Origin: Desulfobacterales bacterium
GTDB taxonomy: Bacteria > Desulfobacterota > Desulfobacteria > Desulfobacterales > UBA2245
Assembly (NCBI GenBank): GCA_040771865.1
Contig: JAXGZF010000010.1
Location: 62,001 to 126,000 of the forward strand
Length of the DNA stretch: 64,000 nucleotides
Direction of reading: 5' to 3'
Part shown: positions 48,049 to 58,228 of the stretch, piece after piece
How the letters are laid out: the number at the start of each line of letters is the position of its first letter
Numbering within the stretch: position 1 is the first letter of the stretch
The notes under the pieces: generated by a model
What the model saw: the letters and a program-made list of their open reading frames with translations, nothing else
Told to the model about the DNA's origin: nothing
Databases searched by the model: none
Program-made: the position numbers and the translations under genes

Positions 48049-48474
48049 ATGAATATTGTAAAACAACCAGATATGTGCGCAGCGACATGTCAATGCCGGA
48101 TTCTGATCGCCGTTCCCAGTTATGAAAACCGGGTCATGCCGCGATTCGGCCAGGCAAGGGAATTCCACCTCGCCGAGCTCGACGCGTCCGCCTGCAGAAT
48201 TTTATCGCTGCATCGGCATCCGCTTCCTGCATCGGTGTCGAGCTTTCAGACAATTTCCTGGCTGGCGCAGAACACTGTACAGGGTGTTGTTTGCGCCGGA
48301 ATTCATCCGCGTTTTCAGACCGCCCTGCACAATGAAAACATCTGGGTGTGCTGGGGGTACCGGGGCGAGGTTGCATCGGTTATTCATCAGTGGCTGGCAG
48401 ATGGAATGCTGGTTTCAAGTCCGGAACCTTTCGAAAATATGATGCAGGCTGCCGGAAGAAAAAAACAAGATTAA
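48049..48474 (+). CDS. NifB/NifX (MTH1175-like) family protein
   Basis: ILIAVP…RVMPRFGQAREF…VVCAGI. Start uncertain (possibly 48073). Confidence 0.65.
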   Translation: MNIVKQPDMCAATCQCRILIAVPSYENRVMPRFGQAREFHLAELDASACRILSLHRHPLPASVSSFQTISWLAQNTVQGVVCAGIHPRFQTALHNENIWVCWGYRGEVASVIHQWLADGMLVSSPEPFENMMQAAGRKKQD

Positions 48475-48495
48475 CTTAATCGGAGAATCGAAAAC

Positions 48496-48852
48496 ATGAA
48501 AATTCTGATCAGTTCACAGGGAAATACCCCGGACAGCGCGGTCAATCCGCGTTTCAGCCGGGCGCCGTGGTTTATGGTCTATGACGACTCGCTTCAGACA
48601 TGGACCGCGTTTGACAATTCCAAAGCGATGGATATCGCAAGGGGCGCCGGAATTCAAGCAGCCCAGACGGTATCCGACCTTGGCGCCAAAGTGGTCATCT
48701 CCGGCATCATGGGTCCAAAAGCATATAAGGCCATGAATGCAGCCGGTATTCAGATCTATATCGGTGCGTCCAATACAGTGCGCCAGGCACTGGAGGCCTA
48801 TCAAAGCGGCAAATTAACGCTGGCCGATGAAAAAAGCGCCAGCGGAGTATGA
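48496..48852 (+). CDS. Orange-protein-like NifB/NifX family protein
   Basis: MKILISS…PRFSRAPWF…GAGIQAAQ…GPKA. Confidence 0.85.
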   Translation: MKILISSQGNTPDSAVNPRFSRAPWFMVYDDSLQTWTAFDNSKAMDIARGAGIQAAQTVSDLGAKVVISGIMGPKAYKAMNAAGIQIYIGASNTVRQALEAYQSGKLTLADEKSASGV

Positions 48853-48919
48853 CAGGCGGGTTCAAGCGCAAAAGTGCGGCAAAGCAGCTGAACAAAAAAA
48901 TGAGTCAGGATGCCTGAGA

Positions 48920-49792
48920 ATGTCAAAAATAAAAATAGCGATCGCCAGTGGGAAGGGAGGAACCGGCAAAACCCTGGTCGCCGTCAACCTGTGCAGAATC
49001 GCATCGGAATCGCTTTCGGTCGCCTATGTGGACTGCGACGTGGAAGCGCCCAACGGTCATATTTTTTTAAAACCCGAGTTTAACGGGACCCTTTCCGTAA
49101 AACAGCGGATTCCACTCGTGGATTTGAATCGATGCACCGGCTGCGGCCGATGTGCGGCCATCTGCGAGTTTCATGCCATTCTCTGCCTGGACAGGGAGGT
49201 GATGGTTTTCCCTGAACTGTGCCATGGATGCGGCGGATGCATGCGGGTGTGCCCGGAAAACGCCATCACCGAAACCGGGCGTGGAATCGGTCATATCGAT
49301 ATCGGAAAAGCGGATTCAATTCATTTCATACAAGGCGTGCTCAACGTGGGAGAGCCCATGGCGCCGCCGCTGATCAAGGCGGTAAAAAACGTCCCGATTG
49401 AAGCTGATCTGGTGATTCTGGATTCGCCGCCCGGAACGTCCTGTCCGGTGGTCGAAACCGTCCGGGGCAGCGCGCTGGTGGTTCTGGTCACCGACGCCAC
49501 GCCTTTCGGCCTTCATGATCTGAAGCTGGCCGTTGACACGCTTCGCGTCCTCGAACTTCCTTTTGTCGTGGTGGTCAACCGCGCTGACGTGGGCGACAGA
49601 GAGGTCTTTTCCTATTGCAGTCAGGAAGGGATTAAGATTCTGGCCGAAATGCCAGACGATCGCCGTGTTGCCGAAGCGTATTCCCGAGGGGAGGTAATTG
49701 TTGAAAGCATCCCCTCATATCGGCCGCTCTTTTCCTCACTGAAAGATGCCTTGTTGCGGGAAGCCGATTTAAATTCAGGAAGGTCCAGATGA
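48920..49792 (+). CDS. MinD/ParA-type ATPase with 2x[4Fe-4S] ferredoxin insert
   Basis: ASGKGGTGKT, DCDVEAPN, CTGCGRC…CHGCGGC, DSPPGTSCP. Confidence 0.88.
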   Translation: MSKIKIAIASGKGGTGKTLVAVNLCRIASESLSVAYVDCDVEAPNGHIFLKPEFNGTLSVKQRIPLVDLNRCTGCGRCAAICEFHAILCLDREVMVFPELCHGCGGCMRVCPENAITETGRGIGHIDIGKADSIHFIQGVLNVGEPMAPPLIKAVKNVPIEADLVILDSPPGTSCPVVETVRGSALVVLVTDATPFGLHDLKLAVDTLRVLELPFVVVVNRADVGDREVFSYCSQEGIKILAEMPDDRRVAEAYSRGEVIVESIPSYRPLFSSLKDALLREADLNSGRSR

Positions 49793-50685
49793 AAGAACTC
49801 ATCGTCATCAGCGGCAAGGGCGGAACCGGAAAAACTTCAGTATTGTCCTGCTTTGCCGCCCTGGCTGAAAATCCGGTGCTGGCTGACTGCGATGTGGACG
49901 CATCGGATCTCCATCTGATTTTAAAACCCGAAATCATTCACAGCCAGAATTTTTCAGGCGGAAATCGGGCGGAAATAATGCCCGAAAAATGTACGGCCTG
50001 CGGAACCTGTCATGAAATCTGCCGGTTTGATGCGGTTCATTATCGGAAAACGGCGCATGGAAAATCGATTTTTGCCATCGACCCGATTGCCTGCGAGGGC
50101 TGCGGGGTGTGTGCTCATTTTTGTCCGGCGCAGGCCGTATCTTTCAAACCCGCTGTAAACGGGCAGTGGTTTATTTCCAAAACCCGTTTCGGGCCGATGG
50201 TCCATGCCCGACTCGGCGTAGCCGAGGAAAATTCCGGCAAACTGGTCAGCCTGGTTCGCCAGCAGGCCAGAAAGATCGCTCAGGATCAGGGCCGGGAACT
50301 CGTCCTGGTCGACGGCCCGCCTGGAATGGGCTGTCCGGTGATCGCGTCCATTTCCGGAGCAAGCCTGGTGCTGGCGGTGACGGAGCCCACGCTCAGCGGG
50401 CTTCATGACCTGGAGCGCGTCATTGAGCTGGCGCGTCACTTTGACATTCCCCTGATGATCAGCGTCAACAAGTGGGATATCAATCCATCCCTCGCCAGCC
50501 GCATCGAAAAACAGGCCTCCCGTGCCGGCGCGGCCGTTTCCTTGCGGATACCTTATGATCCTGCCGTGACCCGGGCGCAGATACAGATGCAGGCGGTAGT
50601 TGAATATGCCGATACGCCCGCGGCTCAGGATATTCGAACACTCTGGAAAGCGGTCCTGTTATCGCTTTCAAAGAATAATGCATAA
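49789..50685 (+). CDS. MinD/ParA-type ATPase with ferredoxin insert (paralog)
   Basis: SGKGGTGKT, DCDVDASDL, CTACGTC…CEGCGVC, ENSGKLV, DGPPGMGCP. Confidence 0.88.
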   Translation: MKELIVISGKGGTGKTSVLSCFAALAENPVLADCDVDASDLHLILKPEIIHSQNFSGGNRAEIMPEKCTACGTCHEICRFDAVHYRKTAHGKSIFAIDPIACEGCGVCAHFCPAQAVSFKPAVNGQWFISKTRFGPMVHARLGVAEENSGKLVSLVRQQARKIAQDQGRELVLVDGPPGMGCPVIASISGASLVLAVTEPTLSGLHDLERVIELARHFDIPLMISVNKWDINPSLASRIEKQASRAGAAVSLRIPYDPAVTRAQIQMQAVVEYADTPAAQDIRTLWKAVLLSLSKNNA

Positions 50686-50698
50686 ACAAGGAGATTAT

Positions 50699-51037
50699 AT
50701 GAAAATTGCCGTACCCTTGACAAAGGGAGTGCTCAGCGCTCATTTCGGTCATTGTGAGGAATTTGCCCTTCTGGAAATCGACAGGGATCAAAAAACCATA
50801 CTCAGCAAAACGATTCTGCAACCGCCGCCTCACGAACCGGGGGTGCTGCCCAGATGGCTGGGACAACTCGGCGTTAATGTCATCATCGCCGGCGGGATGG
50901 GAAAAAGAGCTATTGAGATTTTTGCCGAAAATGACATCACTGTTCTGGTGGGCGCTCCGCAGGAGGAGGTGGAGAAACTGGTTCAAAAGTTTTTGGCCGG
51001 TTCCCTGACCACCGGCATCAACTTATGCGATCACTGA
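50699..51037 (+). CDS. NifB/NifX family protein
   Basis: MKIAVP…SAHFGHC…PPHEPG…AGGMG…NLCDH. Confidence 0.85.
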   Translation: MKIAVPLTKGVLSAHFGHCEEFALLEIDRDQKTILSKTILQPPPHEPGVLPRWLGQLGVNVIIAGGMGKRAIEIFAENDITVLVGAPQEEVEKLVQKFLAGSLTTGINLCDH

Positions 51038-51062
51038 TCATGATCTCTCAAGAGGCTCTTAA

Positions 51063-51509
51063 ATGGAAGAAGAATACGACCTGGTTATTGATTTTGAAGG
51101 CACCAAACGTTACGAAAAAATTCTTTCGGCCCTGGGATATTCAGACAAGGCCATTCGATACTTTATTGACAAGCCCTTTATGGGAAGACTTCCGGATCCC
51201 GACCTGACTTTCGAGTATTCCGGAGACTGCGGAGACCATCTGATTCTGGATCTGAAACTGGACCAGGACCGGATTGTCGATGCCCGCTTTGAGGTGGACG
51301 GATGTCCGGGATCAATCTCTTCTGCCATGGCCCTTGCGGATATGATCCGGGGCATGACTCTTGAAGAAGCGCGGAATCTTGAGGTCGAAGGCTTGCAGCT
51401 TTATGTGGAAGGGCTTCCGGAGACCAAGGTTCACTGTCTTCGGCTTGCGGTCTCCACCCTTCACGAACTGATCGACGCGACAAAAAAGGCGCCTGCAGAA
51501 AGTCACTGA
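51063..51509 (+). CDS. IscU/NifU-N-like Fe-S scaffold protein
   Basis: GDCGD, FEVDGC, KVHC three-Cys pattern. Confidence 0.82.
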   Translation: MEEEYDLVIDFEGTKRYEKILSALGYSDKAIRYFIDKPFMGRLPDPDLTFEYSGDCGDHLILDLKLDQDRIVDARFEVDGCPGSISSAMALADMIRGMTLEEARNLEVEGLQLYVEGLPETKVHCLRLAVSTLHELIDATKKAPAESH

Positions 51510-51510
51510 A

Positions 51511-51550
51511 TCCAAAGCGGCAAATCAAATTTTTGACTTGCCGCTTTGGA
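51511..51550. terminator. Hairpin terminator between convergent genes
   Basis: TCCAAAGCGGCAA…TTGCCGCTTTGGA, 13-bp perfect inverted repeat. Confidence 0.7.
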
Positions 51551-51616
51551 TGTCTTTCGAAGTCTGAATACGGATCACTGTGTTTCGGGTAAGCAACCGA
51601 TAACATCAAAACAAAA

Positions 51617-51847
51617 TTATTTCCGGTCTTCCCTTGAAGAACTGCCGCTGAATATTTTTTCTCCCATCTTATCGGCTTCCTGTTTCAGGCGCGTGTCGGC
51701 AACAATTTTCTGCGTCATGCTGAGAATCATGGATTCAAATTTTTCACGACTCATGCCATGCTCTTTCCAAGGCTTTGCCGCGAGATACTCTTTTCTGGAA
51801 ATGCCAAGCTTCTGCCAGGGTTTGATCGTGGTTCGTTTTATTGCCAT
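51617..51847 (-). CDS. Small hypothetical protein with duplicated KPW..xG.SR motif
   Basis: KPWQKLGISRKEY / KPWKEHGMSREKF internal repeat. Confidence 0.5.
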   Translation of the reverse strand: MAIKRTTIKPWQKLGISRKEYLAAKPWKEHGMSREKFESMILSMTQKIVADTRLKQEADKMGEKIFSGSSSREDRK

Positions 51848-51923
51848 GTGAATTCAATCAGATCCAATTGCGGGGGGTTTCGTATCAGAATCAGAAGGAG
51901 CGGAAAAATCACATATCCCGCGA

Positions 51924-54521
51924 TCATCCGGCGGATTGTTCCTTAACGATACAGTGATTGCTGTACGGCACCTCAATCACAATCTTGGTCCCCTGCCTGG
52001 GGCGTGATTGAATCTGAAACTTCCCGTTGAGCAAACTGATGCGCTCCTGCATGCTTCTCAGACCCATGCGTTTTTCATTCAGAGCGGTATTTAAACGCCG
52101 GGTGACATCAAAGCCGTTTCCGTCATCTTCGATGCGAAGAATGAGGTTGGGAAACGATGCCACGATCCTCACCGTAACCGTTTTGGCCTCGGCGTGTTTG
52201 CGGATGTTGTTGAGAGCTTCCTGAACCACCCGGTACAGATTGATCTCCGTATCAAAATCCAGAGTCAGGCCGTTGATGCCGACCGGGAGAAAGTCAACCG
52301 TAATTCCGGTCTGCTGGGAAAAATCCTGGCAGTACTGATTCAGGGCACGAACCAGTCCCAGCTTGTCGAGCGCCGCAGGATGCAGGTCGTAGGAAACGCC
52401 GCGAATCAGGTGAATCGAACGCTTCAGGCCATTAGACAACTCGGCCAGTTTAGATCGGATTTCCTTGGGCGTATCCGGAAACACGTCGCCGATCATGTCG
52501 CAGCCGATTTTCAGGCTGGAAAGATCCTGCGCCACGCTGTCGTGCAGATACCGGGAAATCCGCTTGCGCTCATTTTCCTGTGCCTTGATCAGCCGATGCG
52601 TCAGGATATGGATCTGGGCTTCGGCCCGTTTGCGCCGGCTGAAGTCCTGAATTTGCGACAGGAAGCCGTTGAAACTGTCTGAAGAACTTTTTCCGATGGG
52701 CGTCAGAATGATGCTGAGATCACGAATGCCGGTGTAAACGCTGTCGAACAAGGCTTTCTGACGGATCATGTCAAAATCAAATTCAACGTCTTCAAAACGC
52801 ACATTGTATCCTTGATGCAGACGTTCTTTTGACTCGGCGGGTAAAAAGGATTCATCAAAAAGGTTTAAGGAGTCGAATGCCGACGGACTCGCTACGCCGA
52901 AAATTTTCAAAGCAGAACGGTTGGCCTCGAGAAACCGGCCCTGGGCGTCAAAAAGCATCAGGCCGATGGGAGATTCGGCGAATATGGATCGAAATTTTTC
53001 CTCGCTGGCCGCGAGCGCTTTTCGCATATTGACCTGTTCGGTGATTTCCACCGAGATTCCGCCCAGCAAGGCGGGCTTTCCATCCCGGAGCACGGGAAAC
53101 TTGAAGGTGCGGTAAACGCGGTCAACGCCGTTGCGGTCCGGAAGGGTTTCCATAATCTTGATGCCTTTACCGCTGATGGCCTTCAGGTCCTCCTCGCGAT
53201 GCCGTTCAATAACGGATTCCGGTAAAAGATCCCGGCTTTTGCCATCCGAAGTTGCTTCTTTTCCGAACATCTCCCGGCAGTATTTGTTCGCATAAATCAG
53301 CTTGGAACTCGTGTCTTTCATGAAGGCGGCGCCGGGAAAATAGTCCATAAAGGTGGAAAACCGCTCCTCGCTTTCCCGAAGCGCCTCCTGGGAGATCCGG
53401 TACTGGGTGACATCCCGGATCGACTCGATGGCGCCGATCAGTTCTCCGTTGGCGTCATAGATGGGAGCGGCCTTACCCCACAGATAGATTGATCTGCCAT
53501 TGACCGACAGCGGATGGATTGTTTCTCCGATCAGCATGTTTTTTTCACGGCAGATCATGCGGTACCCCTTTTCAGCCGCCTCATCGGGATTGAGGACCAT
53601 ATCAATCAGAATGGGTTTGGAGTGTCCGTAAAATGGTATTCTGTAAGCATTGTCTCCACGACCCAGCATTTCGCTTGCCGCTATGCCGGTCATTTCCTCA
53701 ATCGCCTTGTTCCATGCGATTACCTTGCCGAAACGATCGATCGCAAAGGTGGCGTCGGGTAGAAAGTTGAAAATTTCAGTCATCTGTCGTCTGGATTCCT
53801 CAAGCGCCATTTCCGAGTGCTTCCGGGCGGTAATGTCTCTTAAAGATGCCAGATAAGCGTTCCGACCCTCCCAGACAATGGCGGCCACCCGCATTTCCGC
53901 AATAGCGGAGGATTGATTGTCTGTTTTGACCAGAATTTCTGTGGATGTACCGGGTATCAGGGGAAAAGGAAAATACCCGTCTGGAAGGCAATCCGGGTTG
54001 CCCGCAAACAGCGCCTCTGCCGCTGGATTGACGAACTGAACCACGCCGGCAATATCCGTGATTACAATGCCGTCCAGGGTGTTTTTTACGATCGTCCGAA
54101 GGCGATTTTCGCTGGTTTTCAAGCTTCGCTGAAGCCGATGCCGTTCAACGGCGTAGCGTAACGTCCGCTCCAGCATTCGTGGGCCAATTTCCTCCTTCTC
54201 GAGATAATCTGAGGCGCCGGCTTTCATCGCCTCCAGGTCGATTCTAAAGTCTCCCTGACCGGTCAGCAGAATAATTGGAATATCGCATCCCGCGTCCTTG
54301 GCTTCCTGCAACAGATCCAGCCCACTGCGCTCGCCAAGCCTGAGATCCAGAAGACAGACGTCATAGGATTGGCCAAGAAGCTTTGACAGTCCGGTTTCAT
54401 AAGTCGAAGCCCACTCCAGGTGAAATCGCACACCATCAGTTTCAGACAAAAGTTCTCGAGTAATGATGTAATCGTCTTCGTCGTCTTCAATCAGCAGAAC
54501 CCTTAGACAAGGCGCTTCCAT
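51924..54521 (-). CDS. Hybrid sensor kinase (receiver-PAS x4-HisKA_3-HATPase)
   Basis: LLIEDD…LLD receiver; PAS repeats; ERKRISRYLHD; QEALNN, DDGNGF, GLRSMQER. Start 54521 after GGAG. Confidence 0.9.
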   Translation of the reverse strand: MEAPCLRVLLIEDDEDDYIITRELLSETDGVRFHLEWASTYETGLSKLLGQSYDVCLLDLRLGERSGLDLLQEAKDAGCDIPIILLTGQGDFRIDLEAMKAGASDYLEKEEIGPRMLERTLRYAVERHRLQRSLKTSENRLRTIVKNTLDGIVITDIAGVVQFVNPAAEALFAGNPDCLPDGYFPFPLIPGTSTEILVKTDNQSSAIAEMRVAAIVWEGRNAYLASLRDITARKHSEMALEESRRQMTEIFNFLPDATFAIDRFGKVIAWNKAIEEMTGIAASEMLGRGDNAYRIPFYGHSKPILIDMVLNPDEAAEKGYRMICREKNMLIGETIHPLSVNGRSIYLWGKAAPIYDANGELIGAIESIRDVTQYRISQEALRESEERFSTFMDYFPGAAFMKDTSSKLIYANKYCREMFGKEATSDGKSRDLLPESVIERHREEDLKAISGKGIKIMETLPDRNGVDRVYRTFKFPVLRDGKPALLGGISVEITEQVNMRKALAASEEKFRSIFAESPIGLMLFDAQGRFLEANRSALKIFGVASPSAFDSLNLFDESFLPAESKERLHQGYNVRFEDVEFDFDMIRQKALFDSVYTGIRDLSIILTPIGKSSSDSFNGFLSQIQDFSRRKRAEAQIHILTHRLIKAQENERKRISRYLHDSVAQDLSSLKIGCDMIGDVFPDTPKEIRSKLAELSNGLKRSIHLIRGVSYDLHPAALDKLGLVRALNQYCQDFSQQTGITVDFLPVGINGLTLDFDTEINLYRVVQEALNNIRKHAEAKTVTVRIVASFPNLILRIEDDGNGFDVTRRLNTALNEKRMGLRSMQERISLLNGKFQIQSRPRQGTKIVIEVPYSNHCIVKEQSAG

Positions 54522-54841
54522 AAACTTCTCCACTTTCTGCTTCATAGGAGCATGAACGCCGCAAAGCTTGCGCGAGATAAAACAAGAACGTCGCACCACT
54601 CGCGATGGGGTTGGTGCGAACTCATTTTCCCCGTTTGAAAAGCATCTCAATCCTATCCGCTAAAACAGTGTTCGGGATGCGGGATTTCTCACTCTTCCGG
54701 GATTTTTCAAGGGGCCGGGCGCATGTCGGGGATCGCTTCCTTCTGTCCGCTGTTACGACGCCGGTCCGTGTGTTAAAAAAAACCGTTGCAGTCAGGATCT
54801 TGAATTTCAACTCAATTCGCTATTCAAAACAACAGCCTAAT

Positions 54842-55924
54842 TCAGGGTTTTAAAATGAACTGGTATTTCTTGTTGCTGCCGAATGCGTTGACTGCATAGC
54901 GCTCTAAAATCAGATTGACGCCATCGTTCAAAGATGCCGCCTTGATCGGTTCGGAAGTCGGGGCCTGTCCCGGCCATGGCATGGGCATGGCCCAGAACCG
55001 GTCGTATTTCTTTTCCACATCGCCGATGTGAAGATCGCCATCCTTGTGAATCGCGTAAACAGCCAGAGTGCCGAGGTCTCCCTTGATCCGGTAGTCGATT
55101 TTCGAGGCCTGCTGATCCTTAAAAAGATCCAGGCGTTTGCGTTTGGCGATGTCGAGTCTGAAAGCGGCGCTCTCGGCCATCAGCTTCTTCTCGGAGTCAA
55201 TCGCGGGGCCATCGGACCGGGCAAGAATGCCCTGGGCCTGCTCATACCACTGAATGGCCTGGGTGGCGTCTTTTCCAACCCCCTTGCCGTATAAATAGTA
55301 ATCACCGATCATGATGGCTGCTCCAGGCTGGCGGCCTGCATTAAAGGCGCTGGAAAACCACTGACGGGCGGTCGCATAATCGCCTTCGCTGTGGCAGGCC
55401 TGTGCAAGTTCCAGCATGGCCCTCATCTCGCCGTGCTGGGCCGCAAGGGACAGCCAGTGCCTGGCGTTGTATCTGGCCCTCTTTACAATGCCGGCCTTGA
55501 GCACCTGAGCCAGATTGTATTGCATCTCCTTGTACTTACCCTGAGATACGGCGGGATTGTTGATCAAATCCGTATAATAGAAGGCCGCCTGATCCTGATT
55601 CATGGGAATCCTGGACTTCAACCGCTCGACATCTTCCGGATGCTGAACGACATAGCCCTGAGGAAAGGTTTGCAGGTAAGCCTCCGCAAGAAATATCTGA
55701 GCATCGGCGAAATTTTGTCTGGCGGCTGAATCGATCAGAGAGAGCCCATGGTCTACGGATTTTTCCTCAGGGGTCTGCAGGAATCGGATACCGCGATTAT
55801 AGATACCTTCCGGCGTGCAGTTCCAGCAGAAATAGTCCTGCAGGCTCAGGTATCCGATGTATCCCCCATAAGACAGCGCGGCGAGTGCCGAGACGACCAA
55901 TGCGGATTTAATCCACTTCTTCAT
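54842..55924 (-). CDS. Membrane-anchored Sel1-repeat protein
   Basis: N-terminal TM; AQIFLA, AAQHG..AM.EL, GDYYLYGKGVGKD..QAIQWY. Confidence 0.75.
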   Translation of the reverse strand: MKKWIKSALVVSALAALSYGGYIGYLSLQDYFCWNCTPEGIYNRGIRFLQTPEEKSVDHGLSLIDSAARQNFADAQIFLAEAYLQTFPQGYVVQHPEDVERLKSRIPMNQDQAAFYYTDLINNPAVSQGKYKEMQYNLAQVLKAGIVKRARYNARHWLSLAAQHGEMRAMLELAQACHSEGDYATARQWFSSAFNAGRQPGAAIMIGDYYLYGKGVGKDATQAIQWYEQAQGILARSDGPAIDSEKKLMAESAAFRLDIAKRKRLDLFKDQQASKIDYRIKGDLGTLAVYAIHKDGDLHIGDVEKKYDRFWAMPMPWPGQAPTSEPIKAASLNDGVNLILERYAVNAFGSNKKYQFILKP

Positions 55925-56028
55925 GCCTGTTGACTCCCCCCATGTTTGCCGAACCCAAACCGGCCCGGTTGTTCAATATTTCAGTCAAAGAGATGCTGCG
56001 ACAATCGACTTGAATCGCGAATCATCAT

Positions 56029-56859
56029 CTATTGGAGACGATGCGCATCGCCGTGGCAGTCCAGACAGCCCTCAAAATCCTTGAGCATCTCTTCGTCATG
56101 CGGTCCGTTGCCATGACAGTCCTGACAGGTCGGAATGAATCCATGCTTTGCCGCATGACAGAACACACAGTTTAACGGAGCATGACCTTTTCCGCTGCCG
56201 GATAGATCCATCGCGGCCCCGGAATGGCATCCGCTGCAGAGACTGCTTGAAACATCGCCGGAATACTCAATGCGCAACGGCGCGTGAACCGGATGGCATC
56301 CCGCACATCCGGCATTGTCCTTGTACGGAGCGTGCGGCTGATCATGGCACGCCGTGCACTCCGGAATGTATCCATGTTTATCGGCATGGCATTCGATGCA
56401 GGACATTTCCGCATGAGCGCTGGCATTTTCCTTGATTTCTCCCGCCTGAACGTGGTGGCAATTCATGCAGTCCTGAATCATCTTGTCCAGCTCGATGCTG
56501 AAAACCGGCGCATGGACATTGGCATGGCATCGCTTGCAATCGGCAAATTTTCCCTCGTGGACGGTGGAATGACAGGTTGCGCAGGTCGGCAATGCCTTGC
56601 TGGAATCATCGCCCGGCTTTTTGGTATGGAAAACCTCATGGCACTTCCGGCAGGCGAGCTTGTGTGCGCCGCCCTGGTCGCGGATGTCGGTAAAAACCGA
56701 ATAATGGCACTGGGCGCATTCAAGCGTGGTCAGCTGCCGGACTTTCAGATCGTAAACCTCCGGCCCCTCCTCCTGGCCCGACACTGCCGTTCCCGCAAAA
56801 ACGCATGTCATCAGGAACAACATCCCGACGGTAAAAGTTGTCAATCCCTTTGCCTTCAT
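56029..56859 (-). CDS. Periplasmic multiheme cytochrome c (12 CxxCH)
   Basis: Signal peptide; 12 CxxCH motifs counted. Alternative start 56892. Confidence 0.9.
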   Translation of the reverse strand: MKAKGLTTFTVGMLFLMTCVFAGTAVSGQEEGPEVYDLKVRQLTTLECAQCHYSVFTDIRDQGGAHKLACRKCHEVFHTKKPGDDSSKALPTCATCHSTVHEGKFADCKRCHANVHAPVFSIELDKMIQDCMNCHHVQAGEIKENASAHAEMSCIECHADKHGYIPECTACHDQPHAPYKDNAGCAGCHPVHAPLRIEYSGDVSSSLCSGCHSGAAMDLSGSGKGHAPLNCVFCHAAKHGFIPTCQDCHGNGPHDEEMLKDFEGCLDCHGDAHRLQ

Positions 56860-56910
56860 TGTCCCTCTCTCATCCTCTTTTATAGGTTCCATCCAAGGTC
56901 CGGCTGCGAG

Positions 56911-58161
56911 CTATCGCATTAACGCGTGGGCATCCTTGTGACAGGTCACGCATTTCGGATACTTTGCATGAAGTTTGAAATCGTGGGGCTCCCCGTGACA
57001 CACACCGCACTCAAATACGGACCTGTGACGCTCTTTATGACAATAGACGCAAGCCAGGTCTTTGTGTTTGGCGCTGGTTCTTTCAAGTTTGACGCCTTCG
57101 GCCGCATGACATCCGGTGCAGAAATCACTGGGCGTATCATTGGCGTACAAGACTTCCTTTGGAATGTGTGGCTTATGGCACCGTATGCAATCCGCGTTTT
57201 CCATGGTCTTGGAATGGGGTTCGTGGCAGTCGGTACACAAAGCCGATTCAGGGTGTCGCGTATGACATTCGGCGCAATCCATATCCGCATGCGCGGAGGG
57301 AGCGCTTTGCATCTGCTTTCCCGGCTCAGGGTGGCAGGAAAGACAGACGGGTTTAGTCTCCTCCCCGCGGCTCATCGGCGTATCGGCCGGGCTGTGAGGG
57401 TTGTGGCATCCGGCGCATTGACCCACGGCATAATGGGGGGAGTCGTCGCGTGAATGGCATTGCCCGCACTCGGGCATTACGTCGGCATCCGGCGGATGTT
57501 TCTGGTGGCAATCCGCGCATTCAAGCTCCTTATGAGCTCCTCCCTTTTCATCCAGTACGCTGATGGTATCGTCGTGGCACGGGCTGCACAGGCGGGACGA
57601 CACGGTCCCTTCGTACACCAGGGGTTTGGGTCGATGCGGTTTGTGGCACAGCCGGCAGTCGGCGGCAGTCATATTGTCCCCGTGGGGCTCATGACAATCC
57701 ACGCAGGAATCGGACTGAGGGTGCTGGGCGTGACATTCCTTGCAGTCCATATCGGCATGAGCGGTGGGATGGGTCTTCATCTGCTCCAGAGGCTCGGCAT
57801 GACATGAAACACAGGCCGCTTTGGACGAATCGATCTTGCTGAAATCCGTTTCCAGGGGGGTGTGAGGTTTATGGCAATCCAGGCATTTATCCACGGCATA
57901 ATGCGCCGATTCCTGGGGTGAGTGGCAATCGGCGCAGGAAAGAACGACCGCCTGTCCTGTTGGCGGATGCTGCGGGTGACAGTCCAGGCAGCCGATTTCT
58001 GTCTTATGTGATGCTCCCCCGGCATCGACTTCATCCGCCTCTGCAGGATGGCATTTGACGCAATCCCTTTCTGTCAAAGGCGGAATGTCGCCGTATGACG
58101 TTCCCAGGCCGAATGCGATCCACGCACAAACAAGGATGCCGATACAAAACACTCTTTTCAT
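56911..58161 (-). CDS. Periplasmic multiheme cytochrome c (20 CxxCH)
   Basis: Signal peptide from MKRVFCIG; 20 CxxCH motifs counted. Confidence 0.9.
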   Translation of the reverse strand: MKRVFCIGILVCAWIAFGLGTSYGDIPPLTERDCVKCHPAEADEVDAGGASHKTEIGCLDCHPQHPPTGQAVVLSCADCHSPQESAHYAVDKCLDCHKPHTPLETDFSKIDSSKAACVSCHAEPLEQMKTHPTAHADMDCKECHAQHPQSDSCVDCHEPHGDNMTAADCRLCHKPHRPKPLVYEGTVSSRLCSPCHDDTISVLDEKGGAHKELECADCHQKHPPDADVMPECGQCHSRDDSPHYAVGQCAGCHNPHSPADTPMSRGEETKPVCLSCHPEPGKQMQSAPSAHADMDCAECHTRHPESALCTDCHEPHSKTMENADCIRCHKPHIPKEVLYANDTPSDFCTGCHAAEGVKLERTSAKHKDLACVYCHKERHRSVFECGVCHGEPHDFKLHAKYPKCVTCHKDAHALMR

Positions 58162-58228
58162 TCGCGCCCCCAACCTCAGATCTGAGCGTTTATAGGAATT
58201 TGATTCCAATGCGCAAGAACTCGCCGGC

